From Nitrospira sp. (lineage in GTDB: Bacteria > Nitrospirota > Thermodesulfovibrionia > UBA6902): 64,000 bases of DNA. The DNA is taken from assembly GCA_016784355.1 (NCBI GenBank), contig JADHUV010000009.1, forward strand, positions 8,746 to 72,745. The letters run 5' to 3'. The notes beneath the pieces are model-generated. The model searched no databases, was not told where the DNA came from, and worked only from the letters and a program-made list of their open reading frames with translations. The translations under genes were made by a program, and so were the position numbers. This document shows positions 38,441 to 49,014 of this stretch, piece by piece. Every line of letters begins with the position of its first letter. Position 1 is the stretch's first letter.

Positions 38441-39166
38441 CTATTTAATTCGATCTACCCATAACGCAGTTGCGCCTGAAATCGCTGCCGGCATTGCTAT
38501 GAAGTTGATAACTGGTATAATCGCCAGAATTGTCACGGCAGCACCAAATCCCATAACCAGACTTTTTCGCGATCGCAGTTGATTCCTGCCCTCGGAAAAG
38601 TATATCCGGTTGTTCTCCATGGGATATGAGGTGAACTCAAGCGCAAGCATCCAGGATGTAAATAGAAACCACACAGCAGGAAAGAAAAGGCTCGCAAACG
38701 GCAGGAGCAGAAGTAAGAGTACTGCCAGGCTGCGTAATACAAAGTATCCCAGCTTCTTTGACTCATTGATAATGGAAGGGATAATGGTGCTTAAAAAACC
38801 GATATTATCTGAATCCGAGTGAGTCCTGCCTTCAAGTATAGCCTCTGTTTTTTCTGCCAGGAGACTGTTAAATGGTGAGGCAATAAGATTGGCGAGCAGC
38901 AGAAATGTGAAAAATATCACGACCATTATCAGTGTATAGAATAGGATCCATAGAAAAATTGCAGTGATGTCTGTCCACCAGCTGTTTTGAGGCAGGAGCC
39001 AGTTTAGAAAAACCTCATACTGGATATAACCTGTATAGATTGCAGCGGTGAAGAGTATGGCATTGATAATAAGCGGTATGTAAACATAGGGTCGCAGTTC
39101 GGGTCTTGAAATAAGTTTAATTCCCTTTAATCCATAGCGAAACCCTGCAAAAAAATCAGTTAACAT
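38441..39166 (-). CDS. cysZ: sulfate transporter CysZ (EI24 family)
   Basis: 241 aa; closely matches the E. coli CysZ blocks (SPFNSLLAE, WFLFTSWMLA, MPAAISGATALWVD). Confidence 0.8.
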   Translation of the reverse strand: MLTDFFAGFRYGLKGIKLISRPELRPYVYIPLIINAILFTAAIYTGYIQYEVFLNWLLPQNSWWTDITAIFLWILFYTLIMVVIFFTFLLLANLIASPFNSLLAEKTEAILEGRTHSDSDNIGFLSTIIPSIINESKKLGYFVLRSLAVLLLLLLPFASLFFPAVWFLFTSWMLALEFTSYPMENNRIYFSEGRNQLRSRKSLVMGFGAAVTILAIIPVINFIAMPAAISGATALWVDRIK

Positions 39167-39182
39167 GAGAGGCGAAGGCTGT

Positions 39183-39506
39183 TTATTGGAAGTGTCCCAG
39201 GCATTTCATATAAGACTCAGGCGGGTTGATTATCGAGAGTCCCACACTTGTAGTAAAGCCGTGCGGAGGTGTTACATAGGACCACTTGATTTTGCATTCA
39301 AGAAGTTGTGTTTCTCCGGAAGGAAGAACAAATTTAAGGCTGGCCTGTGTGTCACTGGAAAAAGTAATAGGTTTTTTTGCCGGGGCAGTGATGAGGTATA
39401 TTCCCTCGTCAGAAAGATTTTCAATCGAGCTTGCAAAGCTTTCCTCTCCTACCTTCAGTCTGGCATCGAGGTTAACTATTTTTCTTTTGGCTTTTCTGGT
39501 GTCCAT
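39183..39506 (-). CDS. PilZ domain protein (c-di-GMP receptor)
   Basis: 107 aa; RKAKR (RxxxR) and NLSDEG (D/NxSxxG) motifs. Confidence 0.65.
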   Translation of the reverse strand: MDTRKAKRKIVNLDARLKVGEESFASSIENLSDEGIYLITAPAKKPITFSSDTQASLKFVLPSGETQLLECKIKWSYVTPPHGFTTSVGLSIINPPESYMKCLGHFQ

Positions 39507-39564
39507 TTTTATATTCTAACATATTATTTTTACTATGAAGCAAGGGTGGGAAGGAATAGGGGGG

Positions 39565-40449
39565 TTAGGGGTTAGGGAAGTATTTTTTGCAGTTTTGTAA
39601 TTCCTGGTGCAGGGTTCCCTGGAGAAAACCTTCGGTGATGGCTTTTGTACTGTTTAAAGAGACATCGGCGGCCCGGGGGGCGGGGGTGTTTATATCTCTT
39701 TGGAGGCACTTGTGAATTTGGACCTCCGGCATATGGAAGATATCCTTTATGAGTAAGCCGAAGTCGTATCTTGAGATTCTCTCAGCGCCTCCGAGATGAA
39801 ATATGCCTCCATTAAATTCGAGAGCCAGCAAGAGTCCATCGGCCGCCCTGTTAACGCATAGCGGGGTTCGAAACTCATCTGTAAATATTTTCAGGACTTT
39901 GCCCTGCCTCATTGCATTAACCATAGATAAAAGTGCTGAAGATCCATGGGGCGAGGGAGGGCCGAACATTAGCGGCATTCTGCAGACCACGGACTTTGGA
40001 TATGCTCTGAGTACTTCCTGTTCCGCCCTGACTTTCTGTTCTCCATACACGCTAAGCGGATCTGTGGGGGCATCTTCAGAATATGGCGCACTGCGGCCAT
40101 TAAATACCAGATCGGTAGATGTGAAAATATAGGGAATATCTTTTTCGCAGCATAGTTTTGCAAGCATAACCGGTACTGAAGCATTGATCTCTGCGGTCTC
40201 GTGTACATACTGCTGGCAGTAATCAGGGTTAGTGGCAGCAGCGGTGTGAATAACAGCATCCGGGCGGATAGTGTGGAATAAAGAGTTAAGTTCACGGTAG
40301 TTGCACAGGTTTATATTGGAGATATGTGCTCCGGGAATATCTATGTCATTGGAACCTGCAAGGCCGAATACATCCCATTTGTCAATGGCAGACCGGATTG
40401 TGTGCCATCCCAGAAATCCGCTGGCACCTGTGATAAGGAGCTTTTTCAT
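39565..40449 (-). CDS. NAD(P)-dependent SDR, dTDP-4-dehydrorhamnose reductase (RmlD)-like
   Basis: 294 aa; TGASGFLG Rossmann motif; RmlD-like length and YxxxK region. Confidence 0.5.
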   Translation of the reverse strand: MKKLLITGASGFLGWHTIRSAIDKWDVFGLAGSNDIDIPGAHISNINLCNYRELNSLFHTIRPDAVIHTAAATNPDYCQQYVHETAEINASVPVMLAKLCCEKDIPYIFTSTDLVFNGRSAPYSEDAPTDPLSVYGEQKVRAEQEVLRAYPKSVVCRMPLMFGPPSPHGSSALLSMVNAMRQGKVLKIFTDEFRTPLCVNRAADGLLLALEFNGGIFHLGGAERISRYDFGLLIKDIFHMPEVQIHKCLQRDINTPAPRAADVSLNSTKAITEGFLQGTLHQELQNCKKYFPNP

Positions 40450-40465
40450 AAGAGTGATTTATTGA

Positions 40466-40879
40466 TCATAGTTTGTTCAGGGTGAAATAGCCGAGAAACA
40501 ACTGTCTCTTGCCAAGCTGGTAATAAAATCTGCCTATATATGACCTGCCTGAATGCAGGCATCTCAGGTAGTCCCGGATTCCCCGGAGGGGAGGGAAATT
40601 TTTCTTGATCCCATAATTTATCACTACTGCATCACAGAAATCCAGATCTCTGCAACTTCCTTTTGAAATGACAAAGTGCCCCCATGTAAGACCGAAAATT
40701 TTATTATAACCAAAGGCACTGCTGCCGTTTTGCGAAAATACTTTAATGTGAGAGAGAAATCTGTAACCCGGGATCAGCAGGATGTCCACAAGGTATCGTC
40801 CTGAAAGTTCGTTGATATCTACGGGCGCAGCATCGATAAACTTTGCTCGCAAAGCGGGATAATTACTGGACCTAAACAT
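40466..40879 (-). CDS. hypothetical protein
   Basis: 137 aa ORF, no recognisable motif. Confidence 0.3.
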   Translation of the reverse strand: MFRSSNYPALRAKFIDAAPVDINELSGRYLVDILLIPGYRFLSHIKVFSQNGSSAFGYNKIFGLTWGHFVISKGSCRDLDFCDAVVINYGIKKNFPPLRGIRDYLRCLHSGRSYIGRFYYQLGKRQLFLGYFTLNKL

Positions 40880-40898
40880 GGTCTCTATTATATAGAGC

Positions 40899-41636
40899 GT
40901 GATGGAAAATGGTACAATACTGTCCGGGTTGATGAGTCATGCCCAATCGTTTAAATTTCTTAATGGAGAGTGTCTTGAAATGTTAAGTCAGATCCCGATG
41001 GATAAAATTGAATACGTACTTTTGGACATGGACGGCACCCTGCTGGATCTATATTTTGATGATTATTTCTGGGGTCATCTGGTGCCGGAAAAATATGCGG
41101 AAAAACATGAGATAACATTTGGTGCTGCAAAGGAATATCTTTACAGTACATATAAGTCTCATGAAAAAACCCTGAACTGGTGTGATATTGATTTCTGGTC
41201 ACGGGAGCTTAAACTGGATATCCCGGCCTTGAAAGAGCAGATAAGGCATTTAATAGAGGTGCATCCGAATGTAATAGATTTTCTTAAACTTATGCGCAAG
41301 AGAAAGAAGAAAATCTATATACTGACGAATGCACATTATAAGACAGTAAAAATAAAGTTTAGAAAGACGCAAATAGGGGAGTACTTTGATGAAGTGCTTT
41401 GCTCTTTTAATGTAGGTCACCCCAAGGAAGACCTGCAGTTTTGGGAAAAGGCACAGAAAAAGCTAGGGTTTGGCAAGGCAAATTCGGTCTTTATAGATGA
41501 TACTGAGGACGTGCTGAAGACCGCCAGAGAGTATGGTATGAAATATCTTTTATTTAAGTCCCGGGCCAGTTCAAAACTCAAGCCCAAGGAGACGACAGAG
41601 TTTTTGACAATCAATAATTTCAGCGAACTTATGTAG
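40899..41636 (+). CDS. HAD-superfamily hydrolase (probable true start at Met34, nt 40998)
   Basis: DMDGTLLD motif I; HAD motifs II/III downstream. Confidence 0.7.
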   Translation: MMENGTILSGLMSHAQSFKFLNGECLEMLSQIPMDKIEYVLLDMDGTLLDLYFDDYFWGHLVPEKYAEKHEITFGAAKEYLYSTYKSHEKTLNWCDIDFWSRELKLDIPALKEQIRHLIEVHPNVIDFLKLMRKRKKKIYILTNAHYKTVKIKFRKTQIGEYFDEVLCSFNVGHPKEDLQFWEKAQKKLGFGKANSVFIDDTEDVLKTAREYGMKYLLFKSRASSKLKPKETTEFLTINNFSELM

Positions 41637-41669
41637 TCTTTAAGTTGCCGCTCAGGCATACTGGCTTTA

Positions 41670-41696
41670 AAACCCGGCTTTTACGGCCGGGTTTTT
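41670..41696. terminator. bidirectional rho-independent terminator AACCCGGC-ttttacg-GCCGGGTT flanked by T/A runs
   Basis: 8-bp GC-rich stem; TTTTT on plus and AAAA on minus flank. Confidence 0.6.
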
Positions 41697-41722
41697 GCCT
41701 TATTAATTATATAGTGGGGGCG

Positions 41723-41932
41723 TTAAACTTTTTTCATGAGGAGAAAGGTTGCACCTTCTTCTGTCTTTATCGCCTTAAATACTTCACAGGACATACATGA
41801 TGCCTGCTTCATAGCAAAATCGCCCTGGACCTTGCCTCCACAGAATGTGCCTGCAACTGCCCAGCATATTCTGCCGCCGTTTTTGCCGCTGTTTGCACCA
41901 TTGCACGAGGTGTCTGTTGCCGCAGGGCACAC
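41723..41932 (-). CDS. small Cys-rich hypothetical protein (GTG start; 6 Cys), possibly a real small gene
   Basis: 69-aa ORF with GGAG 11 nt upstream of GTG; terminator 27 nt downstream; no known family. Confidence 0.3.
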   Translation of the reverse strand: MCPAATDTSCNGANSGKNGGRICWAVAGTFCGGKVQGDFAMKQASCMSCEVFKAIKTEEGATFLLMKKV

Positions 41933-42027
41933 CCCTAACTCCGCTGTTTTTTACCGCCGGCTTCTCGCCCGCAATCCTTTGATTCCCAACAATTTTTTTT
42001 TGCCATTTCCATCCCTCCAATTTAATT

Positions 42028-42044
42028 TATATATATATATATAT
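42028..42044. repeat. (TA)8 dinucleotide microsatellite
   Basis: tatatatatatatatat read from sequence. Confidence 0.8.
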
Positions 42045-42133
42045 CGGCAAAAAAATGAGAAACATTAGGCCGTTGAGTAGAAAGATTAAAATAAGATTAA
42101 AGACGTTGTGAAAAAAGGGGGGGCATAAGAAAT

Positions 42134-42168
42134 AACAGCAGGGCAATCGATATAGAAGCCCTGCTGTT
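42134..42168. terminator. hairpin AACAGCAGGGC-loop-GCCCTGCTGTT downstream of rho (minus strand)
   Basis: 11-bp perfect stem; U-rich tract about 15 nt downstream on the minus strand. Confidence 0.4.
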
Positions 42169-42181
42169 ATATTTAAATAGG

Positions 42182-43462
42182 CTATTTATTCATTCGGTCA
42201 AGAAATTCCTTGTTGTTTTTTGTTCCAGTGATCTTGTCCAGAAGGAATTCCATGCTCTCGATTGTGCTGAGTGAGTGCAGGACCTTTCTGAGTATCCACA
42301 TTCTCTGAAGCATCTTCTTCTCTACAAGCAGCTCTTCTTTACGTGTGCCTGAGGAATTGATATTTATAGTCGGGAAGATGCGCTTGTCAACGAGTTTTCT
42401 ATCGAGGTGCAGTTCCATGTTTCCGGTTCCCTTGAACTCTTCAAATATGACATCGTCCATACGGCTGCCTGTATCAACAAGGGCTGTGGCCATGATAGTA
42501 AGACTGCCGCCTTCCTCGATATTACGGGCAGTTCCAAAGAATCTTTTTGGTTTCTGAAGTGCATTTGAGTCCAGTCCGCCTGAAAGTACTTTACCACTTG
42601 CGGGAATTACAGCATTGTAGGCCCTGGCAAGTCTAGTGATTGAGTCCAGCAAAATTATAACATTCTTACCAGTCTCAACCAGACGTTTTGAACGCTCTAC
42701 AACCATTTCCGCAACCTGCAGATGTCTCTGAGGCGGTTCATCAAAGGTAGAGCTTATTATCTCTGCATTTACCTGTCTGCTCCAGTCAGTTACCTCTTCC
42801 GGTCTCTCATCAATCAGAAGAATTATCAGGTGCGCATCCGGGTGGTTTGTTGTTATTGCTTTTGCGATTGACTGCAGCAGCATGGTTTTACCGGTTCTTG
42901 GTGCCGCAACGATCATCCCACGCTGGCCCATACCGATCGGACTTACAAGTCCCATGATCCTTGTGCAGTACTCATCCTTGTCATATTCAAGGTCTATGGG
43001 TTCTGTAGGATAGTATGGAGTAAGGTTGTCAAATAGTGGTCTCTCAATGCTCTCGTCCGGCGGTTCATGATTGACTGCCTCAACTTTTAGAAGGGCGAAG
43101 TATCTTTCACTTTCCTTAGGAGGTCTGATCTGGCCTGTTACAAGGTCTCCGGTGCGAAGTGTAAACCGTCTTATTTGAGAGGGAGAGACATATATATCAT
43201 CCGGCCCCGGCAGATAACTGTAATCAGGTGAACGGAGAAATCCAAAGCCGTCCGGCAGGATTTCTAACACGCCTTCCCCGAAAATAAGCCCCGTCTTTTC
43301 TGTCTGCGCCTGTAAAATAGCAAACATCAGTTCCTGTTTTCGCAGGCCTCGGGCACCCTCTACGTTGAGTTCCTTGGCCAGTTTGGCCAACTCATCCGGA
43401 GTTTTATCTTTAAGTTCCGAAATGTTCATACCATCTCCTTGCTTCTTACGTTTGTTCACCAT
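42182..43462 (-). CDS. rho: transcription termination factor Rho (alternative start at MNISELK, nt 43429)
   Basis: 426 aa; N-terminal Rho_N plus CSD-like RNA-binding domain; RecA-type ATPase (AAPRTGKT); long leader upstream. Confidence 0.9.
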   Translation of the reverse strand: MVNKRKKQGDGMNISELKDKTPDELAKLAKELNVEGARGLRKQELMFAILQAQTEKTGLIFGEGVLEILPDGFGFLRSPDYSYLPGPDDIYVSPSQIRRFTLRTGDLVTGQIRPPKESERYFALLKVEAVNHEPPDESIERPLFDNLTPYYPTEPIDLEYDKDEYCTRIMGLVSPIGMGQRGMIVAAPRTGKTMLLQSIAKAITTNHPDAHLIILLIDERPEEVTDWSRQVNAEIISSTFDEPPQRHLQVAEMVVERSKRLVETGKNVIILLDSITRLARAYNAVIPASGKVLSGGLDSNALQKPKRFFGTARNIEEGGSLTIMATALVDTGSRMDDVIFEEFKGTGNMELHLDRKLVDKRIFPTININSSGTRKEELLVEKKMLQRMWILRKVLHSLSTIESMEFLLDKITGTKNNKEFLDRMNK

Positions 43463-43928
43463 GGAATTGTACCGTCCTATTTAGCGGGAATAAATAATTT
43501 TTGAAATATGTTGTGGAGGTTTTAACCTTTCATTGCAATAAAGATTGCAGGAAAAGCAGAGTAGTTAATTACGAATACTATATCAGATCTAAGATTTTTG
43601 TCAATACCTCCGTATGGCTACAGTATTAAGTATCTTTCTGTTATTAAGAAAGATACATTGCTACTGCAAGTAAGGCAAATATCCCCTCGGTGAATAGTTG
43701 CTTTAATAGTCTGTGAAAAAGTGGTTCTGCTTCCGGGGACTTTCAGTTGTATTTCTTTTTCGTATTCTCATCCGTATGTATTAGCAGGCGGACTTTACTT
43801 TCAATGTTATTATTTTATTTCAGTCAGCCTCGCTTGTCAAGGGGGTAAGCTGCTGAACATGATTGATTTTTTAAGGACACTTTGTAACAATATACAGCAT
43901 GTCCAATCAGTCTGCAAGTGAGTATATA

Positions 43929-44255
43929 ATGGTATTTATAACCGCGCCTAATGAGGGTGAGGCCGAGAAAATCTCATATGCCCTGCTTGAGGCAGGTCTT
44001 GCCGCATGTGTAAATATCGTCCGGAATATACGTTCAATATATCGGTGGCAGGGCAAGATTGAAGATGAGACTGAGATTCTTATGATCGCCAAGACTCAGA
44101 AATGCAGGTTTGGGGAGTTAGAGGAAATGGTGCGTCAGCTTCATAGTTATGAAGTTTCGGAAATTATTGCGGTCTCGATCGCGGAGGGTTCAGCGCCCTA
44201 TCTTCAGTGGATCAAGGAGCACACAAATTTAGACACCGGAGGTATGACACGATGA
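43929..44255 (+). CDS. cutA: divalent-cation tolerance protein CutA
   Basis: about 108 aa from the internal Met; CutA1 fold motifs (VFITAPN...AACVNI...W.G.IE). Confidence 0.75.
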   Translation: MVFITAPNEGEAEKISYALLEAGLAACVNIVRNIRSIYRWQGKIEDETEILMIAKTQKCRFGELEEMVRQLHSYEVSEIIAVSIAEGSAPYLQWIKEHTNLDTGGMTR

Positions 44256-44728
44256 GTGACAATGAATCAGAGGGCCTGGAGAAGGAACTGGACGGCTATA
44301 AAAAGAATATACTTGAGGTAAATAAGGGATGGCTTGAGTGGGAGAAGGACCTTATTTTTAATGTAAGGACTCAGATGGGTTATGAGATAGAATATGATGC
44401 CAAGATGCAGTGGGGATGTTCACCCACTGAAACCCTGCTGGCAAGTGTCGCCGGATGCATGGCTATAGATGTTTTTTATTTTCTTCAGAAGATGCGTGCA
44501 GAGATAACGGAGTTTAAGATAGATTACTCCGGTGTAAGGAAGGCCGATCCACCCCAGTATTACAAATCCATTGATCTGTTGATAAAAGTAAAGGGTGAGG
44601 GCCTTACCCCTAAAAAGCTTGACCGCGCCATAGCCCTGTCACATGATAAATACTGCTCTGTTTACAATGCACTGAGAAGTGATATTGACGTTAATGTCAG
44701 GTATGCCTTAAATGACGAAAATTCCTAG
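44252..44728 (+). CDS. osmC: OsmC/Ohr family peroxiredoxin-like protein (start overlaps cutA stop, ATGA)
   Basis: about 158 aa; OsmC motif GCSPTETLLASVAGC. Confidence 0.7.
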   Translation: MSDNESEGLEKELDGYKKNILEVNKGWLEWEKDLIFNVRTQMGYEIEYDAKMQWGCSPTETLLASVAGCMAIDVFYFLQKMRAEITEFKIDYSGVRKADPPQYYKSIDLLIKVKGEGLTPKKLDRAIALSHDKYCSVYNALRSDIDVNVRYALNDENS

Positions 44729-45075
44729 GGCGATATCAATTCGCTTTTCAGCCATGCTTTAAAGTCTTCTGTAAGGGTGTACATCCCTGAATTAGTCTCG
44801 GCTGACTGAGTATCGAGAACACCCTGGAAAAACTTTTCCGGGATGTCATAGATATAGCCTACTGTCTTGCAGATAATTGCTCTCAGCTGCATTATTACCA
44901 GCGCAGGCTTGTCATTTACATGGTCAACATACAACATATACCCGTAGGTGATATCTGCGGGATTGTCCTTGTCAACTGCACGAGGATCAATAAACATTGC
45001 AGGTGTAATATCCCACCGTATTTCATTGATTATATTGGGACTGTCTTTTAGTGTTTCAAATTTTATATTATCCAT
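44725..45075 (-). CDS. hypothetical protein
   Basis: 116-aa ORF, convergent with osmC; no family recognised. Confidence 0.35.
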   Translation of the reverse strand: MDNIKFETLKDSPNIINEIRWDITPAMFIDPRAVDKDNPADITYGYMLYVDHVNDKPALVIMQLRAIICKTVGYIYDIPEKFFQGVLDTQSAETNSGMYTLTEDFKAWLKSELISP

Positions 45076-45238
45076 GGGGTCTATTATATACTGTTTTTAT
45101 CATCTATGGATGATATCGGTGAAAAGCTGATATAATTCTTTGAATCGGCCCGCCTTTCTCCGGGAGTGGATGCTTCCCGCGCTGCAATAGAAAGCCGGTC
45201 TGCCTAATAATATCCTGATATAAAAAGGAGCTTTCATT

Positions 45239-45580
45239 ATGGACTGCCTGTTCTGCAAAATTGTCAGAGGGGACATCCCCGTAAAAAAGGTGTATGAAGA
45301 TGACAGGGTGCTTGCATTTGAGGATTTAAATCCGCAGGCCCCGGTGCATATTCTGGTAATACCCAAAAAGCATATCTCAACCTCGCTCGACGTAACTGCT
45401 CAGGATAATGAGACTATCGGGCTTATGCTGCAGGCGGCCAACCTGATTGCCAGAGAGAAAGGGGTTGCGGAAAAGGGGTTCAGGCTAGTCATAAACTGTA
45501 ACTCGGATGCCGGGCAGACGGTCTTTCACATTCACCTTCATATGCTTGCTGGTCGTAAGATGCAGTGGCCGCCGGGCTAG
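45239..45580 (+). CDS. HIT family (histidine triad) nucleotide hydrolase
   Basis: 113 aa; HIHLHML histidine triad. Confidence 0.85.
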   Translation: MDCLFCKIVRGDIPVKKVYEDDRVLAFEDLNPQAPVHILVIPKKHISTSLDVTAQDNETIGLMLQAANLIAREKGVAEKGFRLVINCNSDAGQTVFHIHLHMLAGRKMQWPPG

Positions 45581-45616
45581 TAACTAGTCCATATGCTGAA
45601 TTAACAGGAGCTTTAT

Positions 45617-46300
45617 GTGTCCGAAAAAAAAGATTATCGCGGGATACTGCTCAGGATGTTTGAGGCCGCTGAAAGGAAATTTGGTCAGCTGAACTGGTGG
45701 CCTGGAGATACCCCTCTTGAGATATCAGTGGGTGCGATTCTGACCCAGAACACAAACTGGGGTAATGTAGAAAAGGCCATAGCGGCATTGAAAAAAGCAG
45801 GGGTCATGAATGCGGCGGCCCTGCACGGGATGCCTGTGGAGAGACTTGCGGTTTTGATTCGCCCTGCAGGTTATTACAATATTAAGGCAGCACGTCTGAA
45901 AAATTTCCTTAAGTTTCTGCATGACAATTATGGCGGACAGCTTGAAAATATGAGAGAAAATAATCTACCTGTACTGCGCAGAGAACTGCTTAGTGTTAAT
46001 GGAATAGGCCCTGAGACAGCTGATTCCATACTCCTTTATGCGCTTGAGAAACCGGTTTTTGTCATAGATGCCTATACCATGAGGATCTTAAAGAGGCACG
46101 GCCTGACATCTGAGGCTGGATCTTATCATGGACTACAGTCACTGTTTTATAACTGCCTAGAGCCGGATGTGAAGATTTTTAATCAGTTTCATGCCTTTTT
46201 CGTGATGCTCGGCAAGGAATATTGCCGCCCTAAGCCTCAGTGCGAAGGCTGCCCTCTAGTGGATTTGTCCGGTGCTCCGGCTCAGCCGGGCCGGGCATAG
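45617..46300 (+). CDS. HhH-GPD base-excision glycosylase, endonuclease III-related, with C-terminal [4Fe-4S] loop
   Basis: 227 aa; HhH motif LLSVNGIGPETAD; C-terminal C-x6-C-x2-C-x5-C-like (CRPKPQCEGCPL). Confidence 0.7.
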   Translation: MSEKKDYRGILLRMFEAAERKFGQLNWWPGDTPLEISVGAILTQNTNWGNVEKAIAALKKAGVMNAAALHGMPVERLAVLIRPAGYYNIKAARLKNFLKFLHDNYGGQLENMRENNLPVLRRELLSVNGIGPETADSILLYALEKPVFVIDAYTMRILKRHGLTSEAGSYHGLQSLFYNCLEPDVKIFNQFHAFFVMLGKEYCRPKPQCEGCPLVDLSGAPAQPGRA

Positions 46301-46306
46301 TTTTCC

Positions 46307-49012
46307 ATGGGAAAGACTCGCCTTTACATATCACCCCCCGGGACCTCACAAAAAGCCAGTAATATATTTAAGGAGTTACTTTCGCGGATTAGCGGAAATG
46401 ATTTTTCACGTGTACTTTATCTGGTGCCTGATATGCACGTGATGTCTGATGTGAAAGACCAGTTTCTGGAGTTTATGAAAGATGCCGGCAGAGGAGATGC
46501 ATATATACCTTTTAAGTTAATCACGCCCGGCCGTCTCGCACTTGAACTGCATGATGATTATGCTTCTTCAAAGAGGGTTATCTCAGATGAGATAAGGACA
46601 CTGATGCTCAGTGAGTATCTAGGGGATACCGGCATGGGTTACGCCCGGATACTGTCCGGGCTGCTTAGAAAAATCCGGTATTATGCAGCAGATGATCTGC
46701 TGGTAGTTCGGGATAAAATTGCAGAACTGATTATCGAGGATATGGCCCGTGAGAGAGCAATCGGCGCGATTGATCTGCTTTTGCGATATACGGAACAGCT
46801 TAGGGTTATGGGACTGATGGATACGGAAGATGTATTGCTAGAAAGCATTAGTCTTATTTCCGGGCATCTGGCACCTGAGATACTTATCATTGGCGGTTTT
46901 TATGATCCTGCCCCTCTGGAAATGAGGCTTATCAGCGCCTTGATAGCCAGGGCAGGCGCGGCGCTGATCATGTCTGAAGAAGGAACCGGTATTGAATATC
47001 ATGTGCGTGAGTCCTTCAATGCGGATATCAGAAGGCTTGAGTCTGCGCAACGTGGTGCCAGTCCGTATTTTTATACATTTCCTTCCAGGGAGGAGGAAGT
47101 TGAGGGTATTGCCAGAGAGGTAAAGAGTCTTATTCTGCAGGGTGCTTTACCATGGAAGATAACTGTCTGCTTTCCAGTATCGCCTGCCTACACCTCGATG
47201 GTGCGAAGGGTGTTTGCGCGCTATAAACTACCTTGCAGCACAGGGGAGATGAATGCCGCTTCTGCCGGCATAATAGCCGCTTTAAAGGATCTGATAATCT
47301 GTGTGGAAGAGGATTACCCGAGAACCGCATTTTTGTCTTTATTGATTGCTCCGTGTTTCAATGCGATCTCTGCTGAAGTTAAGGACCATGCACTTAATTT
47401 TGCGTACAGGGCGGGTATTGTCAAGGGCCGGAAAGGCTGGCTTTCTGCACGGGAAATCATAATAAATACGGGAGCCGGGGAAGACCTCCGGGAACTGGAG
47501 ATCCTGGATGCCTTTCAGAGGGAAACAGGGCTGTTGATAAAGATGATTGACGGGCTTAAGGCCACAAGAGATCTGAATTCTTTTATTGCTGCATTTGAGG
47601 AAACCCTTGGCCGCCTGGGTTTTTTCACCTGTCTGCGTGATATGGAAAGTGAAAAGCAGGGTGAGGGACTGACACAGGCTCTCGCACTAAAGCTGCTGGA
47701 GCTTCGCTCTATGGCGCATTATTATAATAATGATTTGCGCCGTTCTCAGACACCATGGTTTTACCTTAAAAACCTTCTCTCAGGCATTACGATAAACAGT
47801 GATTCCAGAGACGGGGTAAGGGTGCTGCCCTTTGAAGCCGCCGCCGGAATAGAGACAGATACCCTGTTTTTAGGCGGGCTGGTTGAAGGGGATCTGCCGT
47901 GCAGCCCTGAGATGGATCCGGTACTGCCGGAGTGGGTCAAGAAGAAGCTTGGACTGCCTAATGTAGATTTTTATATGGATCGGCAGAGGGCTTATTTTAA
48001 GCGACTCTTAAACCTTCCGGCAAGAGAGCCGTACCTGTCTTGTCCGGCTGCTGAGGGTGAGAAGGTGTTTTTGCCGTCACCATATCTTGACTGGGAGCAG
48101 GTCCGTCCGGCCCCGGAACTTGATATTTATACAGAGGAAGATGTTCTTGTCAGCATAGGCGCCTCTAAAAAAATGTCTGCGCCTCTTCAGGAGATGGGTA
48201 ATGACGGGGTATCAGATATTAAAACACAGGAGCTGCTTACGCAAAGAATAAAAGGTATGGCGCGCGGGAGCCTTCGTGTTACGGATCTGGATTTTTACAG
48301 GAAATGTCCTCAGCGTTTTTATATTGAAAAAGTTTTAGGGCTTGAAGTTGAGCTCCCGCCGAAATTTGAGGTTGAGGCTAGATTGTGGGGCAGTCTGGCT
48401 CACACTGTCATGGAAAATACTTTTGCAAAGGGCGATGTAAAGATGAGTGCCCTTGAGGCCGGACTGAGCGCTGGCCTTGATAAAGCACTGCTGCGTTTTC
48501 CTCTCGGACACTTTTGGGAGCTCGTTGCCAGGGCCGTCTTCAGTAAGCTGGCACCTCTTATCATAGAGCGTGAGGCTGCCCTGAGGGAGGAAGGTTACAG
48601 TCCCTGTGCCGTGGAGCAGAAGGTGAAAACCGGTTTAAGTGAGATGCAGATTATCGGCAAGGTAGACCGTGCTGACCGTCTCGGGCAGGATGGCCGTAAA
48701 ATTGTTGAACTGATTGATTACAAGACCGGGGCTGTAGATCGGGACAGTCTTCAGATCCCCCTTTATATTCATATGTGGAAAGAGCAGTTCGGGGAAGAAG
48801 TCAGCAGGGCGGGATATTATTCTTTAAAGGACGGTTCAGTTCAGTGGTATCCGAAAAAGGGCTCTATGGATGAATACGTTCAGGCGGCAATGCAAAAAGT
48901 GGACAAAGTTATTAGCGACATATTAAATGGCTATTTTCCTTCCGTGCCTGCCGGACCCGGGGAATGCAAATTTTGCTGTAATGCTTCGATTTGCAGGGTT
49001 GGGGCTGAATAA
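46307..49012 (+). CDS. addB: AddB-like helicase-nuclease subunit (inactivated helicase N-domain + PD-(D/E)XK nuclease with Fe-S cysteines)
   Basis: 901 aa; C-terminal RecB-type nuclease (IDYKTG) and CKFCCNASIC cluster; followed and coupled to addA-like gene. Confidence 0.65.
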   Translation: MGKTRLYISPPGTSQKASNIFKELLSRISGNDFSRVLYLVPDMHVMSDVKDQFLEFMKDAGRGDAYIPFKLITPGRLALELHDDYASSKRVISDEIRTLMLSEYLGDTGMGYARILSGLLRKIRYYAADDLLVVRDKIAELIIEDMARERAIGAIDLLLRYTEQLRVMGLMDTEDVLLESISLISGHLAPEILIIGGFYDPAPLEMRLISALIARAGAALIMSEEGTGIEYHVRESFNADIRRLESAQRGASPYFYTFPSREEEVEGIAREVKSLILQGALPWKITVCFPVSPAYTSMVRRVFARYKLPCSTGEMNAASAGIIAALKDLIICVEEDYPRTAFLSLLIAPCFNAISAEVKDHALNFAYRAGIVKGRKGWLSAREIIINTGAGEDLRELEILDAFQRETGLLIKMIDGLKATRDLNSFIAAFEETLGRLGFFTCLRDMESEKQGEGLTQALALKLLELRSMAHYYNNDLRRSQTPWFYLKNLLSGITINSDSRDGVRVLPFEAAAGIETDTLFLGGLVEGDLPCSPEMDPVLPEWVKKKLGLPNVDFYMDRQRAYFKRLLNLPAREPYLSCPAAEGEKVFLPSPYLDWEQVRPAPELDIYTEEDVLVSIGASKKMSAPLQEMGNDGVSDIKTQELLTQRIKGMARGSLRVTDLDFYRKCPQRFYIEKVLGLEVELPPKFEVEARLWGSLAHTVMENTFAKGDVKMSALEAGLSAGLDKALLRFPLGHFWELVARAVFSKLAPLIIEREAALREEGYSPCAVEQKVKTGLSEMQIIGKVDRADRLGQDGRKIVELIDYKTGAVDRDSLQIPLYIHMWKEQFGEEVSRAGYYSLKDGSVQWYPKKGSMDEYVQAAMQKVDKVISDILNGYFPSVPAGPGECKFCCNASICRVGAE

Positions 49013-49014
49013 TT

